A DNA stretch of 63,991 nucleotides, the filler included, from a bacterium (GTDB lineage: Bacteria; UBA9089; CG2-30-40-21; SBAY01): assembly GCA_040757115.1 (NCBI GenBank). It is 6 parts of 6 records of this genome, joined end to end, with 100 filler letters (N's around TTAATTAATTAA, not from the genome) between each part and the next. Parts side by side here need not be neighbours in the genome. Positions count along the whole stretch, not along the records: positions 1 to 30,697 come from JBFLYA010000020.1; 5 more parts are not named here. One strand, given 5' to 3'. The first letter of the stretch is position 1. The number at the start of each line of letters is the position of its first letter. The translations under genes and the position numbers were made by a program. The notes under the pieces are model-generated. The model ran no database searches and was not told where the DNA came from. It worked only from the letters and a program-made list of their open reading frames with translations. Below are positions 1-12,400 of the stretch, in pieces.

Positions 1-1
1 A

Positions 2-3000
2 GTAGAAAATCCTCCATTACTACAAGAAATAAACAATTCTGTTTTTCCTGATGTAGTTACTCAAGGAGAAAAAAATGTGAGTTTTCAAGTAGCAATTATG
101 AATTTAAGTAATATCGGTGTTTCCCTATCTCCTCTATCTACTATTTCCTTTGGTGACGGAGCAAATACATTTACAACTACCTTAACAACCATAATCCATA
201 TCCCGGGACATGAAAATGCTATTTTGTCTTTTAACCCATTAGATATCCCGACAAATTTAGTTTCTATGATTTATTCACCTGCCTTATCTTTAAAAGGCAC
301 GGATACCAATTCTCAAACCTACTCCCAAATTTTATCTGGTGGAAATAAAGTCAAGGTTTCTCCACCTTATGTTACTTTTATTGCCGAAAATATACCAACC
401 GAGATTAAAAATCCAGGACAGCGTCCTCTTGAAATTTTAAAGATAAAATCAGAGAATTCCTACACAGCCACGAAAACAATTACTGCCATTAAATTAACTA
501 ATACCACACAAGGTTTAGGTTCACAATCTGAATTAGATTCACAAATCGAAAGACTGTCTTTGTATCATAACACTACCCTGGTGGGGACGACTACATTTAC
601 TTCAGGCATAGCCATATTCAATAGTCTTAATATTCCAATTCCACCTGATTATGGCACAACGACCCTGCTGGTTACTTATGATCTCTCATTTGACTTTGCA
701 AAAGACCAGGATATAATAGATGTCGCACTGGCAGATGTAACCTTTGCTACGACCACGACTGTCAATGGCGATTTTCCTTTAAATTCCTATGGACATCATC
801 TTGTAGATGGGATGGTTGCCGACCAGATAAAGATTTATGATGTCCTACCAGATAGTTTTAAATCAGGTGAATTGAATGATTTGGTTCTGAATGTAACTAT
901 TCCTCCCAATGGTTATGCGACTGATACCTTGAAGGCTTTAAGTATTGAAAATGCTGGCACGGCTAAATATGAAGATGTTGTTTTTAAATTCTGGCTCGAT
1001 AATGGAGATGAGATATTTGGCACGATAAGTGATATTTGTCTGGGAACAATGAATTTTACCGGGGCAATGTGGCATAGAACTGGCTTGAATCAACCCATTG
1101 GCACAACTGGTTTAAAGGTGTTTGTCACGGTAGATATTACTGAAATTGCTGATGAAGGAAAAACAATAAAAATAAAAATCCCAATAAAAGGTATTGAAGT
1201 CCTGTCAGAAAATGATGGTCCAATAGATAACCCTATCACTAATTATTACTCACAACAGATTAAAGTCCATAATAAAGTTATATTTGAGGCATTGGATTTA
1301 TTAAAAGAAAAGGTATATCCAGGAACTAAAGAACTTGAGATTTTAAATTTATCAGTGACCAATTATTATTCACAAACCCAAACCTTAACCTCGTTGATAA
1401 TGACTAATAATAGTCTGGGCACAGGAAGTTTAAATCAAATTGATTCGCAGGTGGACATCCTTTATCTTTATCAAGGAACAGCCAATATTGGTGTGGCGAA
1501 CTATAAAAATAGCCGGGCTGTGTTTTCAGGGCTAAACCTTGATATTAGTCCGTATGAAACAAAATATATTAAGCTCCGATATAATCTTTCGCTCCAGAAT
1601 GCCAGAGATGATAATATCATTGATTGTCATATCGCGGGTTCAACTGATATTGGTTTTAAATCCGCAACGATAACTATTGGTGGAATATTTCCGTTAGACT
1701 CTTTTGGATTTCATAAAATAGATGGTCTGGTCAATAACCAGATTATTAATTATGGTGCTCAATCTTTGACTGTGGCGACCGGGACAACAGATTTAGTTGT
1801 CCTGGATGTGTTTATTCCGGGTAATGGGTATGCGGATGATGTCTTGACGAAAATAAGGATTAAAAATGGTGGCACGGCAAAAGATTCAAGAGATATAAAA
1901 ATGGTTAAAGTATGTGATGGTCAAAATACATATACTACTACCTGGAAACAAGAATATTGGGAATGGACAGGAACTATTAGTGTTCCCAGAAGAATATATA
2001 TTCTAACAGATATTGCTGATAACCCGGGAAATACAATTATGATGAAAATTCCGGTTAACGGCTTAGAATTTCTATCAGATAATGACGGACCAATAGATTC
2101 TGAAGTCATCAATCCATATCTCCAGATTATCTCTGCGGGGCTATTATCTTCATTAAAATTAACNNNNNNNNNNNNNNNNNNNNNNNNNNNNNNNNNNNNN
2201 NNNNNNNNNNNNNNNNNNNNNNNNNNNNNNNNNNNNNNNNNNNNNNNNNNNNNNNNNNNNNNNTTATGATGAAAATTCCGGTTAACGGCTTAGAATTTCT
2301 ATCAGATAATGACGGACCAATAGATTCTGAAGTCATCAATCCATATCTCCAGATTATCTCTGCGGGGCTATTATCTTCATTAAAATTAACTTCACAAAAG
2401 GTTACGGTAGCCAGCACTTTCACGGTCGAGATGAGCATTACCGCAAATGAGGATGTTTATAATGTTACGCCAACCCTACTTGTTCTTGATGGTTCTGGAA
2501 GTGCGAGTTTAATCAGTGTCCCTCAGGCTATTTCTACCCTTACCGCGGGTTCTTTTCACGAATTTATCTGGATCTACAAAGCCTCTCATATCCCGGGCAC
2601 ACTTACCTTTAGCGGCTATGCAACATCGACGACCCTTTCCTCTATCAATACTTATTCCGAGATTCTTTATATTCAGGAGATACCTACAAAGTTAGTTATT
2701 CGACATATCCCAAATATGCCTTTTGAGGTAAATAAAGGACAGCAAGATGTGATTCCAATGAATATTATCTTTCAAAACACTGGAACTCCGACCTTGACCG
2801 GAGATATAAAAATTGGAACATTGACCTTTGATGTAGGCACAATACCAGGTCGGGCAATAGCCAGAATGATGATTAGTCAATCTGGGATTATCTATGGAAG
2901 CAAAACCAATCTTGAGATATCAGGAACAATCACTGTTTTACCATTAACAACACCAGTTAGTATTCCACCTGGTCAAAATGTAGCCGTAAATTTAATTATT

Positions 3001-4722
3001 GATATTCCAACTTCATCCACAACTAATAGATTTCAAATAAGTTTGATTCATATTGATGCGAATTCTAATGTTATTGAAGCCGCATTTCCCCTTAATTCAG
3101 GCTGGACAAATATCAAAACCCAATCACCGGGCATAAAGGTAAATTTCAAGAATGAAAATGTTCCAAAGTTTGCCAATAAAGGACAAAGCAATGTCTGTGC
3201 GGGACAGATTGAATTTAAAAATGAAGGAGAAAATGCCAGTGATGTCAAGGTGACCCAACTTATTCTCAATGGAACTATTAGCCCAATATCTAATGTCCGG
3301 GTAAAAGATGAGGATATTATCTATGGCGAGGTTGCGGTTGCGGGAAATCCTGTTACCGTTTTTTTCTCGCCGGTTATTACCTTGAACGCCAATATCCCTA
3401 AAATAGTGGATATAGTGGTCGATATAATTGAAAATCCATTATCTACGGAATTTCAAATCGGTTCTATCACCATTTTTGCCAGGGATTCAAATACAGGGGA
3501 GGATGTGCCAGTGAACTTTGGTAGTGTCACAACATCTTCGATTAAATTACAGGATTTGGCACAGCAGATTATTGTTTTTGCAACCTCCACTATCCCAACC
3601 AAAGTCTATCAAAATCAAACAGACATCAATGCCTTTGAATTAACCATAACTAATCCAGGGACGATAAACAGTGCCAGTATCTTATTAAAAGAGTTAAAAT
3701 TATTCATACCTGAAGTTGTAAGTAAGATAATAGTTGAAGGCTTTGGAACATATTCTGGAATCCAGAATTTAACACTTTCAGCAACAATTACTCCACAGGC
3801 GACGATTACGATTAATTTAAAAATAAACATTGGTGGAAATTTAGGTGAGTTTAGATTAGATTTGCTCGATTTAAAATTCGTTGATGCCAATGATTTTCAC
3901 ACAATTACACATACTTTTGGCTCTATTTCTGTTTTATTCCAGGTTAAAGAAAAACCTGTTGGACTTTCAGTTTCATCTCAAACTCATATCCCGGTAAATG
4001 TGGTAAAAGGAAATAAAGATGTTCACGCTCTAACGCTTATTTTTAATAATCAAGGTGGAACAAATACAGATGAAATTAAGATAGGCACGATAACTCTAAG
4101 TTTAGCAGATAGATTTAATAATCCAATTCTGCCTGCGGCTGTTTTATCCAGATTAATTTTATCTTATGATGGCACCCAGACGGAGAAGACCGAGATGAGT
4201 GGTTCAAAGGTAATGGTAAATTTAGTGCCTATTTTGAAGGTAGCGGTTGCTGATTCAAAAACGGTCGAGGTAAAAATAGATATATCAGATTTTGCCACAA
4301 CGGGTAATTTTAAGGTTGGAGTAGAGGATATTGAGGCGGTGGATAATTGGGATAATCCAATAGCCGTTTTGGGTGTTTTCCCGCTCTGGTCTGAGCAAAC
4401 GACTATTTTTGAACCAGCCATTGAACAATCGTTTACCAACTACCCCAATCCTTTTGCCGCTGGTAAAGAATCCACAACGATTGCTTATTACTTACCGCAA
4501 GATGGGTATGTCACGATTAAAATTTATACGGTGATAGGGGATTTAGTCAGGATTTTATTGCAGGATAATTTTAAGGCACACGGGATGAATGAAGTCCAAT
4601 GGGACGGTCGAAATGGGGTAGGGGAGGTTGTGTTAAATGGGGTTTATTTCTGCCAGATTAATGTCCATTATGTCAGTGGTGGCTCGGATAAAAAGGTGCG
4701 GAAAATAGCAGTTGTCAGGTAA
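2..4722 (+). CDS. Large secreted/surface beta-rich protein with C-terminal FlgD-Ig/T9SS-like domain; 5' partial, split by an assembly gap into ORFs 77..2269 and 2266..4722
   Basis: Frame open from base 2; 2037-2163 is repeated exactly at 2264-2390 across the N gap, so the two ORFs join; internal repeats (PNGYATDTL/GNGYADDVL, NDGPID x2); C-terminal NYPNPF...VTIKIY...WDGRN...GVY. Confidence 0.8.
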
Positions 4723-4810
4723 ATTGAAGGAAAATGTCTTTTAATGGCAAATAAGTCCATATCTCATTCCTCCAAATGACTGAGCTATTACAATGAATTC
4801 AAAAACTTTG

Positions 4811-4839
4811 TTGACATAGGATAAATTTTTTGGTAAAAT
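4811..4839 (+). promoter_or_regulatory. Sigma70-type promoter upstream of the defence island
   Basis: TTGACA-17 bp-TAAAAT with extended -10 TG. Confidence 0.6.
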
Positions 4840-4951
4840 ATCCCCATAATGAGCAAAAATGAAGGTAACATCCAAATTCGAGCAAAGCGAGAATGTTGCG
4901 AAGCAAAAAATGCCCAAAAAGCAATTTCCTATCAGTAAATATAAAGTTACG

Positions 4952-5237
4952 GTAAGGGTTCAGGTAGGATAAAAATAAGGAGAAAGGGAGAAGATGGAGA
5001 AGTGGAGAAAAGAAGAGTTAAGTGATAGGATTATTAATGCCTGTATTAATGTCCATAAAAAGTTATGACCTGGTTTTCTGGAGAGCATCTATCACAATGC
5101 CTTGAAGGTTGAGTTTGCAAGACACAGGATTGATGTCCGAAGGGTGGAGCAAGAAAAAGTTTGAGCCATTTCTCCAATTCTCCCTTTTCCCCATTTCTCC
5201 TTGTTTACACTTCTAATGTATAGCCCTGAACGGTTAC
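4952..5237. mobile_element. MITE-like element (GTAA..TTCAGG ends) carrying a GxxExxY pseudogene
   Basis: Ends GTAAGGGTTCAGG / CCTGAACGGTTAC; purine-rich and pyrimidine-rich complementary arms. Confidence 0.65.
4994..5164 (+). pseudogene. GxxExxY protein remnant
   Basis: EELSDRIINACINVHKKL*PGFLESIYHNALKVEF; in-frame TGA at 5066; most of the C-terminal part deleted. Confidence 0.8.
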
Positions 5238-5251
5238 AGATTATTATAAAA

Positions 5252-6031
5252 ATGGACAAGAGAGAACTTGCTTTAATTTCAAAAGAGGGTGAAGGCTACT
5301 TTGTGGAATTTAAAGAAGGCTTATCGGGGGTCGAGAAAGACCTTGTCGCCTTTGCTAATTCTTCTGGAGGAAGAGTATTTTTAGGGGTGAGGCTGTATTC
5401 AAAAGTTGCCTACCGCTTTACAGGAATGCCTCGAAGGGAGAATGTGTACGAATATCCCTTTGATGCCATAAGAGAAGCTGTTATAAATTCAGTGATGCAT
5501 AAATACTATTTTGAGCATGGTCATAACAACATTCTAAGATTTTTCCCTGATAGAATCAAGATTGAAAACTATTGGCAAAAACCATCTAATTTTATACTTG
5601 GAGAAACAGTATTCAGAAGAAACCACCTTATTGCTGATCTATTTGCCAAGATACATTTTGCTGAAAAGATGGGCACAGGTTTTGAAAGAATAAAAGAGAT
5701 ATGCAAAAAAGAGAATGCTCCTTTCCCAGAAATAGAGTTTAATGAGAATTATTTTTATGTAACTTTTAAGCAAAGCCATGAATACTTAAAACTTGCAAAA
5801 AAGGGAATTTTAGAAACTACCCCTAAAACTACCCCTAAAACTACCCCTAAAACAGGTGAAAAGATTATTGCTCTACTTCGGGAAAACCCACGACTTACAA
5901 AAGAAGATATATCAAAAGAATTACATCTCACACTTGATGGCATAAAGTATCATATCCGGAATTTAACAAAAAAAGGTGAATTAAAATGGGAAGGTCCGAG
6001 TAAAGGCGGATATTGGAAAGTGCTATTATGA
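5252..6031 (+). CDS. AlbA_2 (Schlafen-like)/ATP-binding/wHTH protein, internally deleted
   Basis: EGEGYFVEFKE...AFANSSGGRVFLGV joined directly to YEYPFDAIREAVINSVMH; C-terminal HTH ending GPSKGGYW; ATG at 5252 preferred over TTG at 5201. Confidence 0.75.
   Translation: MDKRELALISKEGEGYFVEFKEGLSGVEKDLVAFANSSGGRVFLGVRLYSKVAYRFTGMPRRENVYEYPFDAIREAVINSVMHKYYFEHGHNNILRFFPDRIKIENYWQKPSNFILGETVFRRNHLIADLFAKIHFAEKMGTGFERIKEICKKENAPFPEIEFNENYFYVTFKQSHEYLKLAKKGILETTPKTTPKTTPKTGEKIIALLRENPRLTKEDISKELHLTLDGIKYHIRNLTKKGELKWEGPSKGGYWKVLL
5816..5851 (+). repeat. 12-bp coding tandem repeat x3 (TTPK linker)
   Basis: (A)ACTACCCCTAA repeated three times. Confidence 0.85.
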
Positions 6032-6207
6032 AAAATAACGAGCTGTTTGATCTCGCCAGAAGGCTTGTAAAACTTAATGAAGAAGCAAAGAAACCTGGAA
6101 TATTTACAGGTGACCGCGAGTTGCTTGAATGCCCAAAGAACAGAGAAAATATCTTTTCCTGCCCTAATTGTGGGGAAGTTATTGCATTAGAGGAGGAAAA
6201 TGAATGA
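6028..6207 (+). CDS. Small Cys-containing protein (possibly internally deleted)
   Basis: ATGA overlaps with both neighbours; LLECPK and CPNCG motifs. Confidence 0.5.
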   Translation: MKNNELFDLARRLVKLNEEAKKPGIFTGDRELLECPKNRENIFSCPNCGEVIALEEENE

Positions 6208-9200
6208 GCACCGATACTACCTTTTTTACCAATGAGCCAGGTGCTACTCTACTTGACCGGTTCAAGAAAATATTAAAGGATGTCCAATATCTTGATGTAT
6301 TGGTTGGATATTTTCGTACCAGTGGCTTCCATCAATTATATCAATCTCTTGAGGGCATTGAAAAGATCAGAATCCTGGTTGGCTTGAATATGGACCGCAA
6401 AGCTTATGAAATTATTGAAACAGCCAGATTTCAGGGTAAACTTGATTTCGAATCGCACAGCAAAACCAAACACCTGTTTGTTGAACATACTATATCTGAA
6501 ATGGAAGGCTCTGAGGATTCTTACCAAACAGAAATTGGAATCAAAAAGTTCGTAGAGTTTCTGACCACCGACTGCCCTAATAAAGAGCAGGATATTAACC
6601 ACGGTGGTAATGGGAAGAAGCTGGAATTTCGTGTCTATCCCAGTGAAAACATTCATGCTAAGGTCTACATTAGCCGATTCCACAAAGATGCCCTGGATTT
6701 TGGCCGGGTTGTTACTGGTTCCAGCAATTTCTCTGAAAGCGGGTTTGTGGCAAATAGAGAGTTCAATGTTGAGTTAAAAGACAAAGCCGATGTTGAATTT
6801 GCCTTGAACCAATTTGAACAGTTATGGAAAGATAGTATAGACATTTCACAAGATTATATTGAAACCATTCAAAAGAAAACATGGCCCAATGAAGATATTT
6901 CCCCTTATCACATCTATTTGAAAATGCTTTACGAATACCTGAAGGAAGACATTAACTTAGACCAGGAAATTGACCTGCACCTTCCTGAAGGATTCCTTGA
7001 TCTCATGTATCAAAAGCAGGCGGTGCTTTCAGCAAAAAAGGTTTTGGAAGCTTACCACGGCGTCTTTCTGGCTGATGTGGTCGGTTTAGGAAAAACTTAC
7101 ATATCTGCCTTATTGGCTCAACAATTACCTGGAGGTAAACTAATAATTTGTCCTCCTGTCTTAGAGGATTACTGGAAGGAGACATTCTTTGATTTTGGAA
7201 TTAGTAAATTCAGGGTTGAATCTGTGGGCAAACTTGATCATATCTTAAAAAAGGGGATAGAAAAGTATGACTACATCTTTGTTGATGAGGCTCATCGTTT
7301 CAGGAATGAATATACACAGGGGTTTGAAAAGCTTCATCAAATCTGTTTTGGTAAAAAAGTCATACTTGTTTCAGCCACACCACTCAACAATACCTTTGGT
7401 GATATTTACAGTCAGCTAAAGCTTTTCCAGATTCCCAAAAAGTCCACCATCCCAGGAGTCCCAAATCTGGAGAGATTTTTCAAAAATCTGATGGATAACC
7501 TTAAAAACTACGATAAATCTGACCCCGAATACCTTGAGGTCTTAAAAGATTGGTCTGGTAGAATCCGAGAACAGGTGTTGAAATATGTAATGGTTCGCAG
7601 AACACGCATGGAGATTAGTAAATACTTTAGCGATGATATTGATAAGCGAGGTTTGTTTTTCCCTGAGGTAGAAGAGCCAAAACGAATCATTTACCGATTT
7701 GATGAACGAATCACTACCGTGTTTAACCAGACCATCGGATTGCTCAAGGTATTCAAGTATTCACGCTACACCCCATTGCTTTATCTTAAAAGAGAGTTAT
7801 CTGAATTTGATAAACAAAGGGAGCGCAACATCGGCGGATTTATGAAAGGCATTCTGGTCAAACGACTGGAAAGCAGTTTTGATGCCTTTCGTAAAACCCT
7901 GGAGCGCTTTGTAGAATCTTATAAAAAATTTATCGATATGTTCAATAAAGGTACGGTACTCATTAGCAAAAAGGTGAATGTGTATGACCTGCTAAATGAA
8001 GATAATGAGGAAAAGATTCTGCAACTGATAGAGGAGGAAAAGGTTGATAAATATGATTCAGGTGAATTCAGACCGGAATTTATTAAATATCTCAAAGCTG
8101 ATTGGGAGTTGCTTAAGCAGATTCGTAATTTGTGGGAAGAGGTAGATTCAGACCCTAAACTCGAAGCATTTATCAAAAGGCTGCATGGAGAACTCAAGGA
8201 TAAAAAGATCATCGTCTTTACCGAATCCAAAGAAACTGGTGACTATCTACATAAGAATCTGAATAGACATTTCCCTGGCAAAGTCTTATTTTATTGTAGT
8301 GCCGGTGGTTTACTTTCTGATAGGAGAAAAACTACATCCCTTGCCAGAGAACTGATCAAGGAAAACTTTGACCCAACACATAGTGTTAAAAATGATGAAG
8401 TGCGCATTCTGCTCAGCACGGATGTGCTTGCAGAAGGTATCAACCTGCACCGTTCCAACATTATCATCAACTATGATCTGCCATGGAATCCGACTAAGGT
8501 CTTGCAGAGGGTCGGACGTGTCAACAGGGTAGGCACTGAACATAAAAATATCTGTATCTTTAACTTTTTTCCAACAGATCAATCTGAAGAGCATATAGGG
8601 CTGGAAGCCAATATCAAAGCCAAAATTCAGGCCTTTCATGACACCCTGGGTGAAGATACCAAATATCTTACCGAAGAAGAAATTCCTGCTTCCCACGAAC
8701 TTTTTGGTGATACCTTGTATAAAAAACTCACCAGTAAAAAGACATACCAGGCTGAAGAAGAGGAACGGTCTGAACTGGAATACTTAAACTTTATTCGGGA
8801 TATTCGAGACCACCAACCTGAACTCTTTGAGAAGATTAAACATCTGCCTAAAAAAGCTCGATCTGCCAGAGAAGATGATGTTAAAACCGAGCAGTTAGTC
8901 ACCTTCTTTAGAAAGGGTAAATTGAAGAAATTTTTCATCACTGACAGCGAGGAATCACAGGAGATTACTTTTTTTGAGGCCGTAGATCTCTTTAGATGCA
9001 AACCTGATACACCTCGTCAGAAAATACCAAAACAATACTATCCTATGCTGGATAAGAATAAAACCCAGTTTGATCTGGTCACATCAGGGGAGATGTTAGA
9101 AAGTAAAGGCTCGGGCAGGCAAGGTGGACGCTCCAATGAGAGTTATGTAATCAGACGGTTAAAGGTAAAAGAGTTCCAACAATACCAGGGCTTCACCGAT

Positions 9201-9443
9201 GAAGATGAGGAGTATATTCGGCAAGTTTTGAAAGGATATGAAGATGGTGTTATCCCGCAGAATACTACCAAAAGGATCAAGAAGGCAATCGAGGAAGAGA
9301 CAAATCCTCTTAAGGTTTTAGCTGTATTCAAGAAAAATATTCCATATAATATTCTGAGCTTGACTAAAGCACCTCAACCGCAAGTGTTGGCTAAAAGAGA
9401 GGTTATTTTATCTGAATACTTAACTAAAGGGACTAAAAGATAA
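6204..9443 (+). CDS. PLD-like nuclease domain + SNF2-type helicase
   Basis: IHAKVYI and GSSNFS (PLD); LADVVGLGKT, DEAH, SATP, EGINL, QRVGRVNR helicase motifs. Confidence 0.9.
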   Translation: MSTDTTFFTNEPGATLLDRFKKILKDVQYLDVLVGYFRTSGFHQLYQSLEGIEKIRILVGLNMDRKAYEIIETARFQGKLDFESHSKTKHLFVEHTISEMEGSEDSYQTEIGIKKFVEFLTTDCPNKEQDINHGGNGKKLEFRVYPSENIHAKVYISRFHKDALDFGRVVTGSSNFSESGFVANREFNVELKDKADVEFALNQFEQLWKDSIDISQDYIETIQKKTWPNEDISPYHIYLKMLYEYLKEDINLDQEIDLHLPEGFLDLMYQKQAVLSAKKVLEAYHGVFLADVVGLGKTYISALLAQQLPGGKLIICPPVLEDYWKETFFDFGISKFRVESVGKLDHILKKGIEKYDYIFVDEAHRFRNEYTQGFEKLHQICFGKKVILVSATPLNNTFGDIYSQLKLFQIPKKSTIPGVPNLERFFKNLMDNLKNYDKSDPEYLEVLKDWSGRIREQVLKYVMVRRTRMEISKYFSDDIDKRGLFFPEVEEPKRIIYRFDERITTVFNQTIGLLKVFKYSRYTPLLYLKRELSEFDKQRERNIGGFMKGILVKRLESSFDAFRKTLERFVESYKKFIDMFNKGTVLISKKVNVYDLLNEDNEEKILQLIEEEKVDKYDSGEFRPEFIKYLKADWELLKQIRNLWEEVDSDPKLEAFIKRLHGELKDKKIIVFTESKETGDYLHKNLNRHFPGKVLFYCSAGGLLSDRRKTTSLARELIKENFDPTHSVKNDEVRILLSTDVLAEGINLHRSNIIINYDLPWNPTKVLQRVGRVNRVGTEHKNICIFNFFPTDQSEEHIGLEANIKAKIQAFHDTLGEDTKYLTEEEIPASHELFGDTLYKKLTSKKTYQAEEEERSELEYLNFIRDIRDHQPELFEKIKHLPKKARSAREDDVKTEQLVTFFRKGKLKKFFITDSEESQEITFFEAVDLFRCKPDTPRQKIPKQYYPMLDKNKTQFDLVTSGEMLESKGSGRQGGRSNESYVIRRLKVKEFQQYQGFTDEDEEYIRQVLKGYEDGVIPQNTTKRIKKAIEEETNPLKVLAVFKKNIPYNILSLTKAPQPQVLAKREVILSEYLTKGTKR

Positions 9444-9445
9444 CT

Positions 9446-12400
9446 ATGGACAGACAAACAGCCATTAATCTAATCGCTAATACATTTAATCATCCTTTTA
9501 ATGAGGATAAATTTCGGCACTTTATTCGAAACCTGCTTAATGATGTGGATGAATCCGGAAACTTTGAGTACTATGGCCGATACATACCCGATTCTTTCAA
9601 AGAGCACATCAGAAAATACAAGAGAGTTGGTAAATATGCTGACCCTAAAGGGAAGGAATTAGATGTCATTATTGTTCACTTAAAACGAGAGACAGCCCTG
9701 GATAGAGCTCGCACGATGCAGCGTAACTTCATTGCCTGGTATCTCAAAAATAGGGGCGAAAAGGATGCGGCAGTAGTAGCATACCATACCGATACTCCGG
9801 ATGACTGGCGGTTCTCCTATGTGCGAGTGGAATATAAGCAGGAGACTACAGAATCCGGAAAAGTCAAAGTAAAGGAAGAACTTACCCCTGCCCGAAGATA
9901 CTCCTTTCTTGTAGGCAAAAACGAACCCACCCATACTGCCCAACAGCAATTAATTTCAATATTTCAGGATGACAGACTCAATCCTTCTCTGGCAGACCTG
10001 GAAAAGGCATTTAGTGTTGAAGCCGTGACCAGGCAGTTCTATGAGGACTATAAAGGGTTGTATGAAAAATTGACACAAGAGTTGAATAGCCTCATGGAAG
10101 AAGATGGCAGGATTAAAAAAGAGTTTGAAACCAAATCTATTGATACAGCTAATTTTGCCAAGAAGCTATTAGGCCAGATCGTCTTTCTTTACTTTTTGCA
10201 GAAGAAAGGCTGGTTAGGTGTTGGCAAGAACAATGAAGGCAGTTTCAAACCCTGGGGCACAGGACAGAAAAATTTCCTTCGCTTACTTTTTGAAAAGCAG
10301 TTTATCAATTATCACAACTTCTTTAATGATGTGCTGGAGCCTCTATTTTACGAAGCATTAGCAACCGAAAGAGCCAACGATTTTTATTCTCCCTTTAACT
10401 GTAAAATACCATTCTTAAACGGGGGGTTATTTGAGCCTATCAACGAATATGATTGGCAACAGACGGATATTTTTATTAATCACGAGCTTTTTACTGAAAT
10501 TTTTGACACCTTTGACCGTTACAACTTCACTGTGCGAGAGGACGAACCACTGGAAAAAGAGGTTGCCGTTGACCCGGAAATGTTGGGTAAGGTCTTTGAG
10601 AATCTCCTGCCTGAAAATCTTCGCAAGGGACAGGGAGCATACTATACACCCCGTGAGATTGTTCATTATATGTGTCAGGAGAGCCTGATTAATTATCTGG
10701 ACACCGCAGTCAATACCGGCGAAGTTTCACTGGCACAAACTCCACCTACCCAGGGAAAGCTATTTGGAAAGCCAGACCCTGAACAGATGGTACTAAAAAC
10801 CACAGGATACAAACCTTTAGTTCCACGGGAAGATATTGAAGAGTTTATTCGAAAGGGAGAGTTTGCTGTGGAGCATGATATTGCTAAGGAGAAAGGCACA
10901 AAAACTTACAAATACCAGGTGCCTGAATCCATTCGAAAAAACGCCAAATTACTGGATGATAAATTGACAGCAATCAAAATCTGCGACCCGGCTATCGGTT
11001 CCGGGGCATTTCCTGTAGGCATGATGCACGAAATTGTCAAAGCCCGAAATGTGCTCACAACCTACATAGAAGACAGTAAAGAACGGAGTGCCGATAAATT
11101 TAAACGCCACTGCATTCAGGAATCACTTTATGGCGTGGATATTGACCCTGGTGCTATTGAAATTGCCAAGTTACGATTATGGCTTTCACTGATGGTGGAT
11201 GAGGATGACTACTATGCCATTAAGCCCTTGCCTAACCTGGACTACAAGATTATGCAGGGTAATAGCCTGATTGAGGATTTTCACGGTATTTCGTTGAATA
11301 TAGAAAAAAAGGAAGAATCTCAGGGAAGCCTCTTTGATATGGATTCCGAATTAGATCGTCTGATCGAAGACCTGCATCACAAACAAAATGCCCTGTTCAA
11401 TGCTACTCATCCATCAGATAAGAAAGAGCAGAAAGAAGAGGTGGAAAATGCCATTGTGAAAATCTTCCACTATGAATTACAGAGGCAGAAAGAACCCTAT
11501 TTTAGAGAACTGAAAAACATTAAAGAATCAGCCAGGCGGTTTAAAGAAGAAGAACAGCAAAAAATCTATGATATCGAAAAGGTCAAACTGGACAAAAAAT
11601 ACAACTTTGATTTTGAAACCGTGGAGAATGAGCTGCGGGAGATGACCCACGGCAACAAGGTGCGCAACTTCTTTCCGTGGAAACTATACTTTGCCGATGT
11701 GTTTCGGCAGAAAGGCGGGTTTGATGTGGTGATTGCTAATCCGCCGTATATTTTCGCAAGAGAAAGCAAGAAGAAGGGGCTGTCAAATGAAGATAAAGGA
11801 TATTTTTACGAACATTATGAACTTGCTGAATATCAGGTGAACCTGTACCCCCTCTTCATCGAGAAAGGAACTTATTTGCTGCGGGCAAATGGTTGCTTCT
11901 GTTTTATTACCCCCAACAACTGGTTAACGATCAACACAAACAGGAGGTTGAGGAAGTTCGTTCTTGGGCAGTCAGACATCACTATCGTCAATTTCTATGC
12001 CCGGGTCTTTGAAAGTGCCGCCGTGGACAGTGCTATCATCATCTTCAGGAAATCTGTCGATAACCGGCATGTCGCCTTGTATGAATACACAGACGACTTT
12101 AGATTCATCAAGGAGGCGGAATGTGGTTTTTTCCTTTCCCATCGCAACCATGTTATTAATATCGAGGCTTTCAAAGGTGGTGGAATTTCCGAGGTGATGG
12201 AGAAGATTGAACGTGGTTCGGTAAAACTCGCACAAGTTGCAGATGTCAAAGCAGGTTTGAAGGCATATGAGATCGGAAAAGGGAATCCTCCCCAGACCAA
12301 TGAGATGAAGACAGATCGCGTCTATCACTCTACTCGTAAGATTGATAATAGCTACATCAAGTACCTGGATGGAAAGGATGTATGCCGTTATTACCTTGAC

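Noticed and set aside
2037-2390. Apparent 127-bp tandem duplication and split gene
   Set aside because: Exact overlap on both sides of a 100-N gap; an unmerged contig overlap
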